From assembly GCA_965116905.1 (NCBI GenBank), contig OZ220732.1, forward strand, positions 608,001 to 672,000: a stretch of DNA of 64,000 nt, read 5' to 3'. The notes under the pieces are model-generated. The model saw only the letters and a list, made by a program, of their open reading frames with translations, was not told the origin of the DNA and ran no database searches. Below are positions 1-9,173 of the stretch, piece by piece. The DNA is from Longimicrobiales bacterium. Its GTDB lineage: Bacteria > Gemmatimonadota > Gemmatimonadetes > Longimicrobiales > Gaopeijiaceae. The position numbers and the translations under genes are program-made. Numbering within the stretch: position 1 is the stretch's first letter; each line of letters begins with the position of its first letter.

Positions 1-1917
1 CGGATCTCGCCGGACGGAGGCATGATCGCGTTTTCCGTGACGACGACCGACTGGGAGGCCAACCGCTTCAACCAGGAGATCTGGCTCGTGGCAGGGGACG
101 AGGAGCCCTTCCAGCTCACTCGCACCGAGCCGGGTAGCAGCACGGGGCAGCAGTGGTCGCCGGACGGATCCCGGCTGGGCTTCATCGCCGACCGTGGCGA
201 CGGCGCGCAGGTTTACATCATCCGTCCCGAAGGCGGAGAGGCCGAGCAAGTCACCTCCCACGACGGGGGGATCAGCGCCTTCCGGTTCTCTCCCGACGGC
301 AGCCGGATCGCCTTTGCGGCCACCGATCCGGCACCCGACGACTTTGAAGAGCGCGAAGAACGCTACGGCGACTACGCGGTCGAGGACGCGGACTTCCGCA
401 TGACCCATCTCTGGGTGACGGACGCACACGCGGGCGCCGAGCCTCGCCGCCTGACGGGAGGGGACGACTACACGATTGGCGGCGGCTTCGGCGGCAGCGC
501 GTTCGAATGGTCGCCGGACGGTCGCGAAATCGCCTTCGGCCACACGCCGACGCCCCAGGTCAACTCCTTCCCGCACGCCGACATCTCCGTCGTTGACGTG
601 GACGAGGGAACGGTTCGCACGCTGGTCGCGGAAGCAGGCTCCGAGCGCGGCCCCATGTGGTCGCCGGACGGCTCGCAAGTCCTCTATTCCACAACCGCGG
701 GCGCCAACCCGTTCTACGGCAACACCGAACTCGCCGTGGTCGCAGCGGGCGGTGGCGAGCCGCGTATCCTGACCGCCGGTTTCGACGAGAACCCGGCACC
801 CGTGGCCTGGACGGACGAGGGCGTGTTTTTCGTCGCGTCACAGCGCACCGCGCGCCACCTCTTCCTGCTCGATCCCGAGTCGGGCGAGGTGTCGCTCGAG
901 GCGGACACCCCCGAGATGATCGTGACGGCCGACCTCTCGAGCGACGGCTCCGTGATGGCGCTGCAGGGCGAGGACCGGACCCGCGTTGGCGAGATCTTCC
1001 GCGTGGCGCGGCGGACGGGCGCCTCGCGCGTGGCCACCGCCATGCAGCCCGTCACCGACATGACCTCGCAGGTTGCCGACTGGGGCGACCTCGGCGCGCG
1101 CGAGGTCATCCGGTGGGAGAGCGAGGACGGCGCCGAGATCGAGGGAGTCCTCATGAAGCCTCCGGGATACGACCCCAGCCGCACCTATCCGCTCATGGTG
1201 GTCATCCATGGCGGCCCGACCGGCACGTCCCGTCCGCAGCTGGTCGGCGGCTACGTGTACCCGGTCCTTGAATGGCTCAGGAAGGGCGCCGTGGTCATGA
1301 TGCCCAACTACCGGGGCTCTGCCGGCTATGGTGCCGACTTCCGCGCCCTCAACGTGCGCAACCTGGGCGTCGGCGACGCCTGGGACGTTCTTTCCGGCGT
1401 CGAGGCGCTTGTCGACCGCGGTATCGCCGACCCGGAGCGCGTCGCGGCCATGGGCTGGAGCCAGGGCGGCTACATCTCCGCCTTCCTGACCACCTCCAGC
1501 GACCGCTTTCGTGCGATCTCGGTGGGCGCAGGCATCTCCAACTGGATGACCTACTACGTGAACACGGACATCCACAGCTTCACCCGCGAGTACCTCGAGG
1601 CGACCCCGTGGGACGACCCCGAGATCTACGCGAAGACCTCGCCGATGACCTATATCAAGCAGGCCAGCACACCGACGCTCATTCAGCACGGCGAATTCGA
1701 CGCACGCGTCCCCACACCCAACGCCTACGAACTCTACCAGGGTCTCCAGGATGTCGGTGTCGACACCCGGCTGATCATCTACAAGGGCTTCGGCCACGGG
1801 ATCACCAAGCCGCGCGAGCGCCTCGCCGCCATGTGGCACAACTGGGAGTGGTTCGCCCGCCACATCTGGGGTGAGACGGTCGAGATGCCGATCACCGAGG
1901 GGGAATTCGGGCGATGA
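1..1917 (+). CDS. S9 family prolyl oligopeptidase/acylaminoacyl peptidase (5' end runs off window)
   Basis: PD40-like WSPDG repeats; IHGGP, GWSQGG nucleophile elbow, HGEFDARVP and GHG catalytic motifs; frame is open from base 1. Confidence 0.92.
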   Translation, partial: RISPDGGMIAFSVTTTDWEANRFNQEIWLVAGDEEPFQLTRTEPGSSTGQQWSPDGSRLGFIADRGDGAQVYIIRPEGGEAEQVTSHDGGISAFRFSPDGSRIAFAATDPAPDDFEEREERYGDYAVEDADFRMTHLWVTDAHAGAEPRRLTGGDDYTIGGGFGGSAFEWSPDGREIAFGHTPTPQVNSFPHADISVVDVDEGTVRTLVAEAGSERGPMWSPDGSQVLYSTTAGANPFYGNTELAVVAAGGGEPRILTAGFDENPAPVAWTDEGVFFVASQRTARHLFLLDPESGEVSLEADTPEMIVTADLSSDGSVMALQGEDRTRVGEIFRVARRTGASRVATAMQPVTDMTSQVADWGDLGAREVIRWESEDGAEIEGVLMKPPGYDPSRTYPLMVVIHGGPTGTSRPQLVGGYVYPVLEWLRKGAVVMMPNYRGSAGYGADFRALNVRNLGVGDAWDVLSGVEALVDRGIADPERVAAMGWSQGGYISAFLTTSSDRFRAISVGAGISNWMTYYVNTDIHSFTREYLEATPWDDPEIYAKTSPMTYIKQASTPTLIQHGEFDARVPTPNAYELYQGLQDVGVDTRLIIYKGFGHGITKPRERLAAMWHNWEWFARHIWGETVEMPITEGEFGR

Positions 1918-3302
1918 GCGCACAAACGGGCGAGCCGATGGACCGGCGGACCTTCCTCGGAGCCGCGGCGGTCGCAGCGGCCGGTACAACGCTGGAGACC
2001 GGAGCGAACCTGACCGGTGATCGGACACCGGCCGAAGCCGCGGACGCCTCGAGCCGGCAGGCCCCCGACATCAAGGGGTACGTGAAGCCCGGCCTCGAAT
2101 CCGTCCGCGAGACCTTCGCCACCAACGCGCGCCTCATGGGCACCGGCGGCGCGGCCTTCGCGGCCACCCACCAGGGCGAAATCGTCGTCGATCTCTGGGC
2201 GGGGATGGCCGACCACGACCGCCCGTGGTTGCGCAACACCCGCGTCCATGTCCAGTCCACCAGCAAGGCGGTCACCGCGGCCACAGCGATGGTGCTCTAC
2301 GACCGTGGCGAACTCGACCTCGACGCAACCGTCGGCCGCTACTGGCCCGAATACGCCACCAACGGCAAGGAAGGCACCACGGTCCGCATGCTGCTGAGCC
2401 ACGCGGCGGGCTCCACCCAGCTGCCCGGCTATACCGAACTGCTCGACCTCGACGGCAACGGCTTCGACCAGTACGACGAAATCGCCCGGCGCCTGGCCGC
2501 GGCCGAGCCCGACTGGGAGCCCGGAACCGCGCACGGCTACCACGGCTACACCTACGGCAACCTGGTCAGCGAGGTCGTCTACCGCGTTGCGGGCAAGCGT
2601 GCGGGCGAGCTCCTGCGCGACGAGATGGCGGGGCCGTGGGCACTCAACACCTGGCTGGGCACACCCTATGAAGAGCAGCGCGATCTGGCCGCGATCAAGC
2701 CCTGGCCGGAAGCGCCCGTGCACGAGTCTGTGGCGGAGATGTACGCGAATGTCACGGCCCAGATGGCAGAGATGGATCTGTCCGCTCTGACCGATCCGTC
2801 GACGTGGCAGTACCACGCGGCATTCCGAGGGCTCCTGGGCGGTCCGATGGACGTGTTCATGCTTCAGGTCGGGCGCCTGTGGAGCCAGCCGAAGGCGCTG
2901 GCCGCCGAGTTCGGTGCCGCCAATGTGACCACCGACGCCCGCAGTCTCGCGCGACTCTACACGCCGCTCGCCATGGACGGCGTGCTCGACGGTCGACAGG
3001 TTCTACGGCCCGAGACCGTGCGCGAATTCACCACCCCGACCCCACCCGGCGGTCCCGACCTGCTGATTGGCCTCGAGCAGAAGTGGACTCCAGGGAGCCA
3101 TCACGCGAACAACTCATTCTTTCCGGCGCTTCCCCCGATCTATGGCCCCAATCCCGACGCCTTCGGGATGAGTGGCGGGGGCGGCAACTACGGCTTCGCG
3201 GACCCCGCGGCCGGAATCGCGGGTGGCTTCGTGCGCAACCACTACAGCAACACGATGGGGCTCAGCGCGCTGCTGGTGGACGCGCTCTACGAGGCCCTGT
3301 GA
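1914..3302 (+). CDS. Serine hydrolase, beta-lactamase/esterase family, with Tat signal peptide
   Basis: MDRRTFLG twin-arginine signal; SxxK (STSK), LLSHAAG, PG..HGYH motifs; ATGA overlap with upstream gene. Confidence 0.88.
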   Translation: MSAQTGEPMDRRTFLGAAAVAAAGTTLETGANLTGDRTPAEAADASSRQAPDIKGYVKPGLESVRETFATNARLMGTGGAAFAATHQGEIVVDLWAGMADHDRPWLRNTRVHVQSTSKAVTAATAMVLYDRGELDLDATVGRYWPEYATNGKEGTTVRMLLSHAAGSTQLPGYTELLDLDGNGFDQYDEIARRLAAAEPDWEPGTAHGYHGYTYGNLVSEVVYRVAGKRAGELLRDEMAGPWALNTWLGTPYEEQRDLAAIKPWPEAPVHESVAEMYANVTAQMAEMDLSALTDPSTWQYHAAFRGLLGGPMDVFMLQVGRLWSQPKALAAEFGAANVTTDARSLARLYTPLAMDGVLDGRQVLRPETVREFTTPTPPGGPDLLIGLEQKWTPGSHHANNSFFPALPPIYGPNPDAFGMSGGGGNYGFADPAAGIAGGFVRNHYSNTMGLSALLVDALYEAL

Positions 3303-3312
3303 AATGGGTTCG

Positions 3313-3328
3313 CGTTTCAGCTGAAACG
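3313..3328. repeat. 16-bp perfect palindrome CGTTTCAGCTGAAACG (parS-like), copy 1
   Basis: Intergenic; identical copy at 8581-8596 with inverted flank similarity. Confidence 0.7.
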
Positions 3329-3352
3329 TATCCGACAGCATTGGAGACCGTC

Positions 3353-6300
3353 ATGCCAAGAACAGCTCCCATATTCTCCCTCGCCCTGATCGCCGCCCTC
3401 CCCACCCTGGCCGTCGCGCAGGACGCCGACGAGTGGAGCATCGAGGAATCGCGGGCTCCTTCCACCACCCCCCTCAGATTCACCGCGTCGGAAGGCACGT
3501 GGATCAGTCTCGATGTCTCGCCGGACGGACGGCACATCGCGTTCGAGCTGCTCGGGCACATCTACGAGATGCCGATCGAGGGGGGCGACGCCGTGGCGCT
3601 TACCGGCGGGCGCTCGTGGAACAGCTTTCCGCGCTACAGCCCGGACGGGACGCGGATCGCGATCACCTCGGACAGGGGCGGGAGCGAGGACGTGTGGATT
3701 CTGGATCGCGGAACGGGGGATGCGGCGGATCCGGGCGACGCGGCCGCCATTGACCCGCCGGAGAACGTCACGAAGATGGCGCTGCCGGTCGTGCAGGGAT
3801 CCTGGTCGGCCGACGGGCGGGCCATATACGCCTCGGCGCTGGAGCAGGACGGGAGCATGACCGCGTACCGCTTCAACCTCTTCGGCTCGCGCCAGGAGAT
3901 TGCGTCGGGAACGACTTTCCAGGCGATCACGCACTTCGACGAGCACCCGGAGCGCGCCGTCCTCTTCTACGAGCACGTCGACCGGCAGATCCCCCAGAGC
4001 GGCGCGCGCATCAAGACCTACGACCTCGAGACGGCCAAGATCCGCGTCCACCGCGAGCGGCCCGGCGGCGCTTTCAACCCTGCGCTCTCGCCCGACGGGC
4101 GCCACCTCGCCTACGGACACCGCGACGACCGGGACGTGGTCCTCGTCGTCCACGACCTGGAGACGCGGTCGGAGCGCGTGCTGGCGCGGGGACTCGACCG
4201 CGATCACCAGGAATCGGGCCCATACTACCATGGCGTCGCCCCGAACTGGGACTGGCACCCCGACGGGACGCACCTTTACCTGACCAGGGACGGCGGGATC
4301 CACGCTGTCGACATATCGTCGGGCGAGATCACCGAAGTCCCCTTCAGCGCCCTCGTGGACCGCCAGATCGACGAGACCATCCGCTTCCCCTTCGAGTTCC
4401 CGGAGGGCGAGACCCGGGCGTGGTCCTACCGCTTCGCACACCGCACCCCCGCGGGCGTCGTCTTCGAGGCGCTGGGCGACATCTGGCTGGCTGGGGACGA
4501 CGGCGACGGCGGTGTGCGCAATCTCACCCAGTCATCCGCCCACGAGACCAGTCCGGTGATCGACGCGGACGGCGGCTGGCTCTACTACGCGACCTGGACC
4601 GACACCGACCTCGGAGCCGTCCACCGCCGGCCACTCGCGGGCGGCGCAGCGACCGAAGTGTCATCCCGCCCCTCCCAGTACATGTCGCTGGCGCTGGGGC
4701 CAGACGGCGCCCTCGCCTTCATCCGGGGGGCCGGCGGCCTCATCAACGGCGCGCGCATCGAGGAGGAGACCGACTTCGAGCTCGTCGTGGTGGCGGGCGG
4801 CGAGGAGCGCAGAGTCACCGATGTGCGCGGCAGCGTCATGGCACAGGGGCGCGCGCCCCACACCGTCCGCTTCGACGACGCCGGCGAGTGGATCTACTAC
4901 ACCGAGTTCGTCCTGGGCACAGTCGCGGCCAACTCCGGCCTGAGCGCCGACACGCTGGTCCTCCGCCGCATCCGCCCCGACGGCACCGGCAAGGCGACCC
5001 TCTACCGCTTCCCGCACGCCGAACGCGCGGTCCTCTCCCCGGACCTCGCCTGGATCGCGTTCCGCGAGTACCAGCGCAGCTTCGTGACGCCCTTCGAATG
5101 GATCGGCAAGCCGGTCACGATCTCGGCCTACGACGGCATCGGCTTTGCCAGGCGCATCGACCCGTCCGACGGCGCGAGCATGGCCTGGTCGGATGCGGCG
5201 ACCGTGTCGTGGCCGCGGGGAGGCACGTTCCACGAGAAGGCGCTCGACGACATCCTTGCCGGCACCGACGGCACCCGGACCACCGACATCACGGTCCGCT
5301 TCGAGGTGGCCCTGCCCCGTACGACCATTGCGCTGACCAACGCCCGCGTCGTCACGATGGACGAAGGGCGAAGTGTTTTGGAGAGTGCGACGATCCTCGT
5401 GCGGGGACATCGCATCGCAGAGGTGGGACCCCATGTCGTCGTGCCTGCGGAAGCGCGCGTGTTCGATCTCGCGGGCCACACCGTCATACCTGGCCTCGTG
5501 GACGCGCACGCACACTCGGTCGGGCAGCTCGCGACGACGCAGCTGATCGAGCAGCGGCTTCCCGGCGTCACCGGCTCGCTGGCCCACGGCGTCACCACAC
5601 TCTACGAGCTCTACGGGTCCGAGGAGAAGGAGCCCTGGGTCAGCGACATGATCCGCTCCGGCCGCATGGATGGCCCGCGGATGCTCTCGGTCGGCGCGCC
5701 CATGTACGGCATCCGCGAGTACCGTCCGCGCACCTACCGCCCGATCGCCTCGTACGACGACGCCGACCAGCACGCCCGCTTCAGCCGCGACATGGGGATC
5801 ACCGCGCTCAAGGATTATGTCAACTTCACCCGCGCCGACCGCCACCAGCTGATCACGGCGGCGCGTGAGCGGGGGCTGAACGTGCTTTCCGAGACGGCCG
5901 CGATCCCCCCGATGAACTTCACGCAGATCATCGACGGCGTGACCGGGCTCGAGCACACGATGGGGCTGACGCCCCTCTACGGCGATGTGGTCGAGCTCTT
6001 CCGCGCGAGCGGGACCGGTGTGACGCCCACCCTGCTCGTCGTCTACAACGGCCCGGTGGGCCAGGCGTACTTCGACCAGTCACAGCGCTACTGGGAAGAC
6101 GAGAAGCTCCTGCGTTTCAGCACGGAAGAGCGGCTGCGCGGCCGCTTCCGCCGGGTCACGCACTACTGGGACGACGACCTGTATTCGCCCGAGATGGTGG
6201 CCGCGATGAAGCGCCTCTTCGACGCGGGCGTGCTGATCAACGCGGGCGGCCACGGCCAGATGCCCGGGCGCGACATGCACTGGGAGATGGAGCTGTTCGT

Positions 6301-6571
6301 GCAGGGCGGATTCTCGGAGATGGACGCCCTGCAGACGGCGACGCGGAATGCGGCGGTGTACCATGGCCTCGGCGCGGACCTGGGCACGATCGAGGCCGGC
6401 AAGCTTGCGGATCTGGTGGTGCTGGGCGCGAACCCGTTGGCGGACATCCGGCATACGCAGGCGGTCGTGTACGTGGTGAAGAACGGGGTGGTGTACAGCG
6501 GAGAGGACGCGGCGCGGGTGTATCCGGGGCCGGTGGCGGCGCCGGCGATGTACTTTCAGCGGGAGAGGTGA
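3353..6571 (+). CDS. Secreted amidohydrolase with N-terminal PD40/TolB-like propellers
   Basis: GGAG RBS, signal peptide, SPDG repeats, PGLVDAHAH metal motif, GGHGQ, GTIEAGKLADLVVL. Confidence 0.88.
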   Translation: MPRTAPIFSLALIAALPTLAVAQDADEWSIEESRAPSTTPLRFTASEGTWISLDVSPDGRHIAFELLGHIYEMPIEGGDAVALTGGRSWNSFPRYSPDGTRIAITSDRGGSEDVWILDRGTGDAADPGDAAAIDPPENVTKMALPVVQGSWSADGRAIYASALEQDGSMTAYRFNLFGSRQEIASGTTFQAITHFDEHPERAVLFYEHVDRQIPQSGARIKTYDLETAKIRVHRERPGGAFNPALSPDGRHLAYGHRDDRDVVLVVHDLETRSERVLARGLDRDHQESGPYYHGVAPNWDWHPDGTHLYLTRDGGIHAVDISSGEITEVPFSALVDRQIDETIRFPFEFPEGETRAWSYRFAHRTPAGVVFEALGDIWLAGDDGDGGVRNLTQSSAHETSPVIDADGGWLYYATWTDTDLGAVHRRPLAGGAATEVSSRPSQYMSLALGPDGALAFIRGAGGLINGARIEEETDFELVVVAGGEERRVTDVRGSVMAQGRAPHTVRFDDAGEWIYYTEFVLGTVAANSGLSADTLVLRRIRPDGTGKATLYRFPHAERAVLSPDLAWIAFREYQRSFVTPFEWIGKPVTISAYDGIGFARRIDPSDGASMAWSDAATVSWPRGGTFHEKALDDILAGTDGTRTTDITVRFEVALPRTTIALTNARVVTMDEGRSVLESATILVRGHRIAEVGPHVVVPAEARVFDLAGHTVIPGLVDAHAHSVGQLATTQLIEQRLPGVTGSLAHGVTTLYELYGSEEKEPWVSDMIRSGRMDGPRMLSVGAPMYGIREYRPRTYRPIASYDDADQHARFSRDMGITALKDYVNFTRADRHQLITAARERGLNVLSETAAIPPMNFTQIIDGVTGLEHTMGLTPLYGDVVELFRASGTGVTPTLLVVYNGPVGQAYFDQSQRYWEDEKLLRFSTEERLRGRFRRVTHYWDDDLYSPEMVAAMKRLFDAGVLINAGGHGQMPGRDMHWEMELFVQGGFSEMDALQTATRNAAVYHGLGADLGTIEAGKLADLVVLGANPLADIRHTQAVVYVVKNGVVYSGEDAARVYPGPVAAPAMYFQRER

Positions 6572-6608
6572 GGGGGCACGCTGCTCGATGAGGGGGCACG
6601 CTGCTCGA
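6569..6608. repeat. 20-bp tandem duplication TGAGGGGGCACGCTGCTCGA x2 including the stop codon
   Basis: Read directly from sequence. Confidence 0.85.
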
Positions 6609-6763
6609 ATATGTATTTTACGTAAAATACGTATTTTGTCGGGTGCCTACTCCGTCGCCCACGGCGGAAGATGCACGGCAACCCGTCGTATGTCATATTT
6701 CGGGCACCCCGATCCCCGCCGACGGACGGGGGTAGGCGGCAGCCCCGGAGGTATCTCGTGAAC

Positions 6764-8542
6764 ATGACCGATGCGGAGATCCGCCAGCGTCTGCGGCTGG
6801 GCGAGGACAGCGGCTGGGAGTTCAAGCAGATCGAATTCAGTGGCGACCGCCCCACGAGCCCCCGGCGAGAGGACCTTGCCGATGAGATGGCGGCTTTCGC
6901 CAACGCGAACGGCGGCGTGCTTATTTGCGGGGTCTCCGACGACGGGCGGCTTCAGGGGATGTCTTCCGGGCAGATGGCCGCCCTCGACCGACTGTTGGTC
7001 GAGGTAAGCACCGATGCCGTGGAGCCTTCCCTCCGCGTCAACGTTCATCATCGGGAACTCGACGGAAAAGCCTTCGTGCTCGTGGACGTTTCGCGGGGCG
7101 ATTCCGTGCATGAACGGGCCGGTCGCGCATTCATCCGGGTCGGCGCGAGCAAACGGCGCCTCGGCGGCGACGAGCGTCTGCGGCTGGCGCAGAGGCGTGC
7201 CCAGAGCCGCTACCTCTGGTTCGACCGACAGGTCGTTCCTCAGACCGGGTTCCACACCCTTCGTGAGCGCCTGTGGGAACCGCTGCTCAGTGCTGCGGGA
7301 GCGAGCGACCCTCGCCGGGCTCTGGAGAACCTAAAGCTGCTGGCGTCCGATGAAGCCGATGTGGACCGGGCGACCGTCGCGGGCGTACTGCTCTGCACCG
7401 ACTCGCCCCAGCAGTGGTTGCCGCAAGCCACGATCATGGCGACGCTGTACCGTGGCAAGGATCGCGCCTCCGGCCAGATAGACTCACAGGAGATCGAGGG
7501 GCCGCTTCCCGCCCAGATCGCCGACGCGGTGAAGTTCGTGGTCCGCAACATGCGCGTCTCGGCACGAAAGACACCTGCTCGCGAAGATGCGCCGCAGTAC
7601 AACAAGGCGGCCGTGTTCGAGGCGGTGGTCAACGCCGTTGTTCACCGCGACTACTCGATGTCGTCGAGGCGCATCAGGCTGTCGATGTTCAAGAACCGGC
7701 TGGAAATCGACTCCCCCGGCCAGCTTCCCAACGGAATGACGATAGACGGCATGGACTCGATCCAGGCCACCCGCAACGAGGTCCTCGCTTCCGTGTTTGG
7801 ACGAATCCCCGTCGGCGACGTTCCCGGGTCCGATCATCGACGCTACATGATGGAACGGCGGGGGGACGGTGTCTCGATCATTCTCAAGGAGACGCGTGAA
7901 ACCGCCGGCGTTGTGCCGGAGTACAGGGTCGTCGACGAATCGAATCTGGTCCTCGCCATCCCGGCCGCCAGACTCGAACTTGTGCGCTCGGACGCCACGG
8001 TCACGGTGCATTCCGAAGGCGAACCGCTTGCTGGCGTCGATGTCCTCGCCCTGTTTCCGAACAGGACCTGGCAGCGGGCAACAACCGACGAGGCCGGTGA
8101 GGCGGAGTTCGATCTGTACACGACGCACCTGCCGATGACCGTGTACGCTGCCGCGCCCACCTATGCCGCCGGGCTGGCACGAGAGTGGACGCCGCACCAG
8201 GGCGGTCTGTTGCTGGAACTGGCTCCGCTCCCGGACGGAGGCGCCGTCATTTTCCCAAATGCTACCGGGAATGTCCCCGGACTGCGCGGTCGGTTGAACC
8301 CGAAACGCGATGCCTCGGACCGGACCTACCTGTACGCCGACAACATCGCTATCGACGAGGGAAGGCAGCAGCCGGTCTCCTTCCGGCTGGGCAAACCGTT
8401 GCGGCTTACGGACGCGTTCGGGGTCGAGATGTCGGTGACCATCGTCGATGTCGTCGGGCGGTCGGCCTTGGTGGAGTACCGAAGCTTTCAAGCGGAGATG
8501 CCGGCGCCTACTCCACCACCCGCAACCGAAACACCCACGTGA
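6764..8542 (+). CDS. Schlafen/AlbA_2 domain + RecG C-terminal-like (HATPase_c_4) domain + beta-rich C-terminal domain
   Basis: GEDSGWEFK, AFANANGGVLICGVSDDG, EAVVNAVVHRDY, LEIDSPG, RN, MERRGDG motifs; GGAGG upstream. Confidence 0.85.
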   Translation: MTDAEIRQRLRLGEDSGWEFKQIEFSGDRPTSPRREDLADEMAAFANANGGVLICGVSDDGRLQGMSSGQMAALDRLLVEVSTDAVEPSLRVNVHHRELDGKAFVLVDVSRGDSVHERAGRAFIRVGASKRRLGGDERLRLAQRRAQSRYLWFDRQVVPQTGFHTLRERLWEPLLSAAGASDPRRALENLKLLASDEADVDRATVAGVLLCTDSPQQWLPQATIMATLYRGKDRASGQIDSQEIEGPLPAQIADAVKFVVRNMRVSARKTPAREDAPQYNKAAVFEAVVNAVVHRDYSMSSRRIRLSMFKNRLEIDSPGQLPNGMTIDGMDSIQATRNEVLASVFGRIPVGDVPGSDHRRYMMERRGDGVSIILKETRETAGVVPEYRVVDESNLVLAIPAARLELVRSDATVTVHSEGEPLAGVDVLALFPNRTWQRATTDEAGEAEFDLYTTHLPMTVYAAAPTYAAGLAREWTPHQGGLLLELAPLPDGGAVIFPNATGNVPGLRGRLNPKRDASDRTYLYADNIAIDEGRQQPVSFRLGKPLRLTDAFGVEMSVTIVDVVGRSALVEYRSFQAEMPAPTPPPATETPT

Positions 8543-8580
8543 GCACCTGTCCGGTTCGCTTCCGTGCTGGGGCGGATTCA

Positions 8581-8596
8581 CGTTTCAGCTGAAACG
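8581..8596. repeat. 16-bp perfect palindrome CGTTTCAGCTGAAACG (parS-like), copy 2
   Basis: Intergenic; identical to 3313-3328. Confidence 0.7.
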
Positions 8597-8633
8597 CGAA
8601 ATTACGTAGAATACGCATTTTCTGCACAGACAC

Positions 8634-9089
8634 ATGCAAGACAGATACGTCGGTGACATCGGAGACTACGCGAGGCACCGCGATGTGTGGTTCCGGGATT
8701 CGGTGGAATCCCTGAAGGGCTGCGACATCGTCTTTGCAGATCCGGACAACGGCCTGCGGGAGTCAAGAAACTTCAGACCCGGGCAGTGTAGGTCAGGGAA
8801 GAGCATTTGCGAGGATGAAGCGCTTGCTTTGGCGGCAAACGAAAGGCCGGTGGTCGTCTACCATCACAGCACAAGGTTCCAAGGTGGCATTGACAGGGAA
8901 GTCGCGCATTGGCAAGAAAAACTCGGATCTGAGACCTGTGCGGTCGTTTGGAGGCACCGCTCGCCCCGGATCTTCTTCATCCTGAACTGCACCAGGGAAC
9001 TTCGTCAACGAGCCGAAGAGTGGTGCGGACGGTGGAAGCTACAGGAGAAGGTGTACTTCGAGGGCTATCCCGATCGCGCGATCGATTAG
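8634..9089 (+). CDS. Hypothetical protein (MQDRYVGDIGD...VFADPDNGL type), probably internally deleted
   Basis: N-terminal YVGDIGD motif joins almost directly to WF...DPDNGL segment; lower GC. Confidence 0.55.
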   Translation: MQDRYVGDIGDYARHRDVWFRDSVESLKGCDIVFADPDNGLRESRNFRPGQCRSGKSICEDEALALAANERPVVVYHHSTRFQGGIDREVAHWQEKLGSETCAVVWRHRSPRIFFILNCTRELRQRAEEWCGRWKLQEKVYFEGYPDRAID

Positions 9090-9173
9090 CCTCGTTGCGA
9101 GCCAAGCTCCGATTTTCGAAATCGGTCCCGTTGCCCCAGCACCTCATCTCGTCACCCTCGGGCGTGGTCGCCT

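Noticed and set aside
2804..3352. Long 5' extensions of ORF-track calls (also 21269, 42475, 46790, 32395) and many antisense ORFs
   Set aside because: They overlap real genes and give low-complexity Arg/Gly/Pro translations typical of high-GC shadow frames; better starts exist downstream
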